The translations under genes and the position numbers were made by a program. Shown here one piece after another: positions 61,701 to 64,000 of a DNA stretch of 64,000 nucleotides (the stretch's first letter is position 1; each line of letters begins with the position of its first letter). Below the pieces are notes generated by a model. That model did not search any database. It had not been told where the DNA came from and worked only from the letters and a program-made list of their open reading frames with translations. Source of the stretch: Tubiluchus corallicola. Taxonomy: Eukaryota > Animalia > Priapulida. The stretch lies in contig JAQGDQ010000090.1 of the NCBI GenBank assembly GCA_030141605.1, positions 310,001 through 374,000 of the forward strand, written 5' to 3'.

Positions 61701-64000
61701 TTGAAACTGACTATTATTTGCCATTGTTTAGTAAACTCAATAAGAGAATATTATGTCATGAAAACTGAATATTCTGGTACTTGTACTTCTGATGATTTCG
61801 TTTACCCACTTGTCCGTTAATGTGCAGAAGGCTATCAGCCAGTTGGCCAGGAGATGGAATTTTACGAGGACTGGAGGAATCTTGCTCCAATAGGTGGTGG
61901 CCTCTTGCTGCTCGTTTCACTCATCGTATGTTGTATAATGTTCACCAAGAGGCGGAAGGCTAATCATCAACAGTACAAGTACCAAGGTAAATTAATTTCT
62001 ACTCTATACGATATTTACCCGTGTTTTTAACTTGCTGTTCAGACGGTGTGCCGGTGTATCCTAGGAAGGCCAGCCTACCATTCTATGAAGATTGGAGAAT
62101 GCTTGTGCCTATTGCTGGTGGCTTTATCCTACTAGTTACTATTGTTGTGTGCTGCGTCCTGTTCAGCAAGAAACGCAAGTCGTATCCTCATCAGTTTAAA
62201 TACGAAGGTAATATTGGTATAAACCAGTTTTCTACTGCTTGTAAAACCATAACAAAACATAATGAAACAATCATGACTAAAGCGTTCAATTTTGTTGTCG
62301 AAAACTGACAGTTTTTGCTGTTTTCAGCTGCTAACAACGGCTTTGCAAAAGACACCTCTACTGAAGGATTTCTGCTGTGCGATGTAAACGGGAAGCCAAC
62401 TGTAGATCCGTCTAAGGGCAGCCTTCATCGAACTCCAGACTTGATGCGATCAGTGACGCCAAATGCATCAAGTACAATTTCTTTTTTTGTTTTTACACCT
62501 TACATTTTCTTATATAATTCATATATAACGAACTGCTAGCTACAGCGATGTAGAGCATCAAAAGTTCTTTTGGACTGTGAATTCATTTTCAGTGAAAATT
62601 CTGATTAAATCACAAACATACAATAGAATTTTCCAAAATGTGCATTTTTTAATATTAATGCTGAGCACAAAATTTTGTTTTATTATAGACACATTAAATG
62701 GAACCCCTGTTCAGTTAAGGAACGGAGGAAAAAAGAGGAAGCCCAATCATGATTCCCTGCCAAGAGTACCCGATGACGGTAATCATATTTACGATAATAT
62801 CCCACCTCCGGAACCACCAAAGCGCAGCGATGAAACGCGACTGACACAACCAAATATGGTGACATTTCATCCACCGAATATTTCGCCAAATCACCCACCT
62901 GGAGGGCCAAGTGCAGGTTGGTATTTTGTGACATTCTGGTACTAAAGTTGTCATTTAAATGTCACATGCTTAGTAATTAACACAGCAAGCTAGGCATTTG
63001 TTCATTCGTAAAAACTGGCATAGTAGTTTGTCCTTATGCATGCAATTTGCATGGCTTTTGTCGTTTTCAATGTTTAGTAGCTTAGCAGATACTTATTCAC
63101 TTACTAATTGTTTGTATGTGGTTTGCTATAAAGGATGGAAGAGGCGAAGTGTTCCCGAGAGTGTAATGTCCTATGGCACAGGAGTATCTTCCAACTATGC
63201 CGAGCTGGCCCAGGCATACCGTAACGCTCTTAACTATCCAGATGCCATCTCGGAAGCTGAATCGACGCCGGTTCCAGCAAACTATCTAGCGAATGGTGAC
63301 GTTCTGTCACCTGGTAGCACTGACACTGGCATTCTTAGGTTTACACAGTCGCCTCCGTATCCTGACGAGGAAAGAGAAAGTGCTTGCGTCACTAATCACA
63401 ATCTGCCTCCCATGCCACCTGGTAAGAAGGATGTCACATGATTTTTATAAACTATAGCTATAATGGCATAGAGTTTACTAGTGAAATTGTTGGCTTGCAG
63501 TGATTTAAGTGTTTGCAGTTGTTACCACCATCATCATCATCATCCCACTGCTATTCTGATTGTGACAGCATAGCTCACTTAATAGGCAATCTGTAGTTGG
63601 CTGCTAAATAAATAAAGAAATATAAACTAATTTAATTTTACAGTTTTGTGCTGCAGAAAGTAGACAGTAGAAAGTAGACAGATTTGTTCAGAGATTATTA
63701 GCTTATTTAAAATTCGATCATAAAGCTTTGCACTGCATAATCTAAATTCTCAGTTATTTTTCTTGTTTATTGTTGTTTCTTGACATCAACTTTAGTCACT
63801 TGTATTCAGTTTATTTTATGTGTCAAATTGTTAACTTCTGCAAACATTGTCTCTATAAACAAAAATGATTAGTGTATCTCTCTTTTGTGTGTTTAGGGAG
63901 TCGTCCCGATACAGAGAAATCAGGAATGTCGAGCAGCACACTGACGTCCGCTACTCTGACACCCGATCGCAGTACTCTGACATCCGCCACCCTGACTCCT
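4692..64000 (+). CDS. Dscam: Dscam-family Ig-superfamily receptor (SP, 9 Ig, 4 FNIII, Ig10, 2 FNIII, TM, cytoplasmic tail); multi-exon, 3' end beyond the window
   Basis: Phase-compatible GT-AG exons translate into the canonical Dscam domain order. Recognisable motifs include GPSFLEEPP (Ig1), VLKGNTAVLNCDIP and PSGELHIRNV (Ig2), GPPYIRP...GYPI (Ig6), VPP..PF.F...GDPPI.FRW.KDG (Ig7), VPPSWITEP (Ig8) and WKDGGCPI (FN6). Confidence 0.97.
13054..13643. repeat. 31-bp minisatellite, about 19 copies, in intron 1
   Basis: Unit ctaaggtcaggtttttgagcttgttctaact repeated head-to-tail with a few truncated units and no unique spacers. Confidence 0.95.
19092..19418 (+). CDS. Dscam: Ig1 exon
   Basis: tttttag|...MGPSFLEEPPSSVTFSNDTGVFIHCTAS...YTCFAKNSAGIIRSRDVTVHA G|gtaaac. 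Confidence 0.93.
20674..20820 (+). CDS. Dscam: Ig2 N-terminal exon, single copy (equivalent of the variable exon 4 of insect Dscam1)
   Basis: tttcag|VTRQQYEINVNDKDVLKGNTAVLNCDIPTFVRPYLEIDFWEQDGRRIFP G|gtaatg. Not in the ORF track. Confidence 0.92.
22262..22411 (+). CDS. Dscam: Ig2 C-terminal exon
   Basis: GEKFSIFPSGELHIRNVTEEDARSSYKCVTRNKVTG...KLT A|gtaagt. Confidence 0.92.
22581..22871 (+). CDS. Dscam: Ig3 exon, whole domain, single copy
   Basis: ...ELPCYTQAVPLPSYRWY...DAGNYVCEVENWLGSSRATTELSVS G|gtaag. Confidence 0.93.
23434..23703 (+). CDS. Dscam: Ig4 exon
   Basis: PLSVRVTPSSQIIDSGNEASMNC...DRGMYQCFASND...IELG A|gtacgt. Confidence 0.93.
23851..24257. mobile_element. Tc1/mariner (pogo/Tigger-like) MITE
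   Basis: Imperfect TIRs ta|cagtgttccctcgct ... agcgaggaaacattg starting CAGT after TA. Non-coding. Confidence 0.65.
24937..25236 (+). CDS. Dscam: Ig5 exon
   Basis: ...SLSCVVTGNPTPEMVWFLD...IEDGGQYRCLAKNMHG...LNVN G|gtgaga. Confidence 0.93.
25744..26215 (+). CDS. Dscam: Ig6, two exons (25744-25854, 26051-26215)
   Basis: GPPYIRPFKNLTIAVGKNATIKCHVSGYPIASVWWKK / NRRLP...DNGEYTCFARSPSG...VDVK G|gtacc (phase 1 into array A). Confidence 0.92.
27049..33809 (+). CDS. Dscam: Array A: 33 tandem alternative exons for the Ig7 N-terminal half (103 nt each, one 106 nt; phase 1 to phase 2)
   Basis: Each reads ag|xPP....F.F.....G.R....C.V..GDPPI.F(R)|gt. Coordinates: 27049-27151, 27217-27319, 27369-27471, 27518-27620, 27675-27777, 28061-28163, 28204-28306, 28579-28681, 28942-29047, 29099-29201, 29384-29486 (donor defective), 29542-29644, 29914-30016, 30057-30159, 30201-30303, 30352-30454, 30657-30759, 30845-30947, 31012-31114, 31180-31282, 31337-31439, 31563-31665, 31731-31833, 31892-31994, 32057-32159, 32478-32580, 32630-32732, 32908-33010, 33084-33186, 33246-33348, 33407-33509, 33554-33656, 33707-33809. 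Confidence 0.93.
29384..29486 (+). pseudogene. Array A exon with a lost 5' splice site
   Basis: The reading frame is intact and closely resembles 28942-29047 (RVRLHKRAAAVCLVTGGDPPITF). It ends TTC TG|tgtagg, with no GT in the required phase. Confidence 0.65.
34827..34893 (+). pseudogene. Remnant 3' half of a B-type exon
   Basis: AAC TAC ACC TGC ATT GCC GAG AAC = NYTCIAEN..., followed by a stop. No intact 5' half. Confidence 0.7.
34912..34965 (+). promoter_or_regulatory. Candidate pre-mRNA docking site for array B exon selection
   Basis: catttcttcagctggttgaaagacggccatcctgtttcgccaagtcttggtgtt is the reverse complement of motifs upstream of most B exons. Examples: 36384-36406 (21/23 match); 46579-46598 (20 bp, one G-U); 46854-46867, 48650-48663 and 48979-48992 (14 bp perfect each); 50186-50200 (15 bp perfect). 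Confidence 0.8.
34923..35040 (+). pseudogene. B-type pseudo-exon that hosts the docking site
   Basis: ttcttcag|C WLKDGHPVSPSLGV*IVVPVEFASAL..* has in-frame stops, a decayed HSGIY motif and no donor. Confidence 0.85.
35554..51470 (+). CDS. Dscam: Array B: 38 intact tandem alternative exons for the Ig7 C-terminal half (173-185 nt; phase 2 to phase 1)
   Basis: Each reads ag|N W.KDG...ASTLVI..V...HSGNYTC.AEN.......A.L.V(D/N) G|gt. Coordinates: 35554-35729, 35822-35997, 36131-36306, 36965-37143, 37290-37468, 37574-37752, 37861-38039, 38161-38339, 38440-38618, 38731-38909, 39066-39247, 39356-39537, 39642-39823, 40220-40398, 40951-41129, 41458-41642, 41751-41926, 42204-42382, 43351-43529, 43610-43785, 43913-44091, 44360-44538, 44886-45061, 46196-46371, 46649-46821, 46924-47096, 47365-47537, 47900-48072, 48394-48569, 48715-48890, 49056-49231, 49544-49722, 49879-50057, 50250-50428, 50586-50761, 50785-50960, 51081-51256, 51295-51470. 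Confidence 0.93.
36460..36627 (+). pseudogene. Frameshifted B-type pseudo-exon
   Basis: WLKDGKPLPKRVAG...HSGNY, then an ~8-nt deletion removes the F-strand Cys (168 nt versus 176 nt in neighbours). Confidence 0.8.
41910..42246. repeat. Near-perfect 166-bp tandem duplication inside array B
   Basis: cacac occurs at 41910, 42076 and 42242. The two copies differ by only a few substitutions. Confidence 0.93.
42038..42092 (+). pseudogene. 55-nt chimeric mini-exon created by a local tandem duplication
   Basis: The acceptor and 5' end of exon 42204 are fused to the 3' end and donor of exon 41751. It contains an in-frame TAA. Confidence 0.75.
42673..43009. mobile_element. hAT-like MITE
   Basis: Perfect 14-bp TIR (taggggtgagcatt / aatgctcaccccta), subterminal (t)cgaat repeats, and flanking 8-mers atgtccac/acgttcac (6/8) consistent with a decayed 8-bp TSD. 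Confidence 0.8.
45561..45913 (+). pseudogene. Two decayed B-type pseudo-exons (~45561-45620 truncated; 45742-45913)
   Basis: Both lack the acceptor AG. The second resembles exon 44886 (SDVSSMLLVRQVRNYHSGNYTC) and is frameshifted near its 3' end. Confidence 0.75.
51728..52481 (+). CDS. Dscam: Ig8, two exons (51728-51853, 52317-52481)
   Basis: VPPSWITEPENTSVVLGSATYIDCEADGMPKPTIIW... / ...NGTLFIGQISEEDVGKYMCEVSNGVSPDISKLIGITVH. Confidence 0.9.
52608..53355 (+). CDS. Dscam: Ig9, two exons (52608-52755, 53207-53355)
   Basis: VPAKL...ATLECSAKGDAPLKVTW / ...SQLTVTSAQRSDTGNYSCTALNEYG. Confidence 0.9.
53946..54603 (+). CDS. Dscam: FNIII-1, two exons (53946-54080, 54439-54603)
   Basis: PEAP...SRSVTLSWTKPDDGNSPITKY / ...LRPAHTYQLRVLAVNVVGQSPPS...TDEE. 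Confidence 0.9.
54966..55036 (+). CDS. Dscam: FNIII-2 N-terminal exon
   Basis: VPEGPPLEIEVEPTSSQSLRISWQ|gtaagt (phase 0). Confidence 0.9.
55532..56040 (+). CDS. Dscam: FNIII-2 C-terminal part: two alternative 238-nt exons (55532-55769, 55803-56040)
   Basis: PALQELRNGKLKGYYVGY...RTLED and PPLRQLWNGQLKGYYLGY...KTLED have the same length and phase and are separated by a 33-nt spacer. Confidence 0.88.
56843..58666 (+). CDS. Dscam: FNIII-3 and FNIII-4 exons (56843-56998, 57461-57616, 58209-58345, 58519-58666)
   Basis: VPNAPP...INGVLRGYKVVY / YTNYSVQVLAFTGAGDG / ISWLPPLHPNGIITKYTVY / YTFWMTAWTSIGEGP. Confidence 0.88.
59484..59919 (+). CDS. Dscam: Ig10, two exons (59484-59598, 59750-59919)
   Basis: PAKIVSISRKIVAPWNTDVLLPCKSVGSPTP / NGSLLLKSVQLTHGGNYTCKSSNLHGRDQITH. 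Confidence 0.88.
60031..61455 (+). CDS. Dscam: FNIII-5 and FNIII-6 exons (60031-60129, 60229-60414, 61168-61455)
   Basis: PPYPP...DGGSKI / NLLCGTSYEF...NRIG / WKDGGCPIKSFDVSY...AHNDAGSATATYEFATLT. Confidence 0.9.
61828..62207 (+). CDS. Dscam: Two alternative transmembrane exons (61828-61986, 62043-62207)
   Basis: FYEDWRNLAPIGGGLLLLVSLIVCCIMFTKRRK..YKYQ versus FYEDWRMLVPIAGGFILLVTIVVCCVLFSKKRK..FKYE. Both are phase 1-1, with a 56-nt spacer. Confidence 0.88.
62328..64000 (+). CDS. Dscam: Cytoplasmic-tail exons (62328-62471, 62689-62916, 63134-63421, 63897 to beyond 64000)
   Basis: Phase-1 exons with open frames, containing IYDNIPPPEPPKR and Ser/Thr/Pro-rich segments. Confidence 0.75.

Overview
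This is AT-rich eukaryotic (animal) genomic DNA, almost all of it one + strand gene: a Dscam-family receptor with signal peptide, Ig1-9, FNIII1-4, Ig10, FNIII5-6, TM and a cytoplasmic tail that runs off the window end. The architecture is unusual. Ig2 and Ig3, which are variable in insect/crustacean Dscam1, are single-copy here. Instead, Ig7 is split across two consecutive tandem exon arrays. Array A (27049-33809) has 33 N-terminal-half exons, 32 intact. Array B (35554-51470) has 38 intact C-terminal-half exons plus pseudo-exons. Splice phases imply one A joined to one B, giving about 32x38 = 1,216 Ig7 variants. A duplicated FNIII-2 exon and a duplicated TM exon raise this to about 4,900 isoforms. 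A 54-nt element (34912-34965) overlapping the acceptor and 5' end of a dead B-type pseudo-exon is the reverse complement of motifs found upstream of most B exons, which looks like a docking-site/selector system built from an exapted pseudo-exon. The window also has microsatellites, a 31-bp minisatellite and MITEs. All exons were read by eye, with no expression data. The host species cannot be determined from the sequence.
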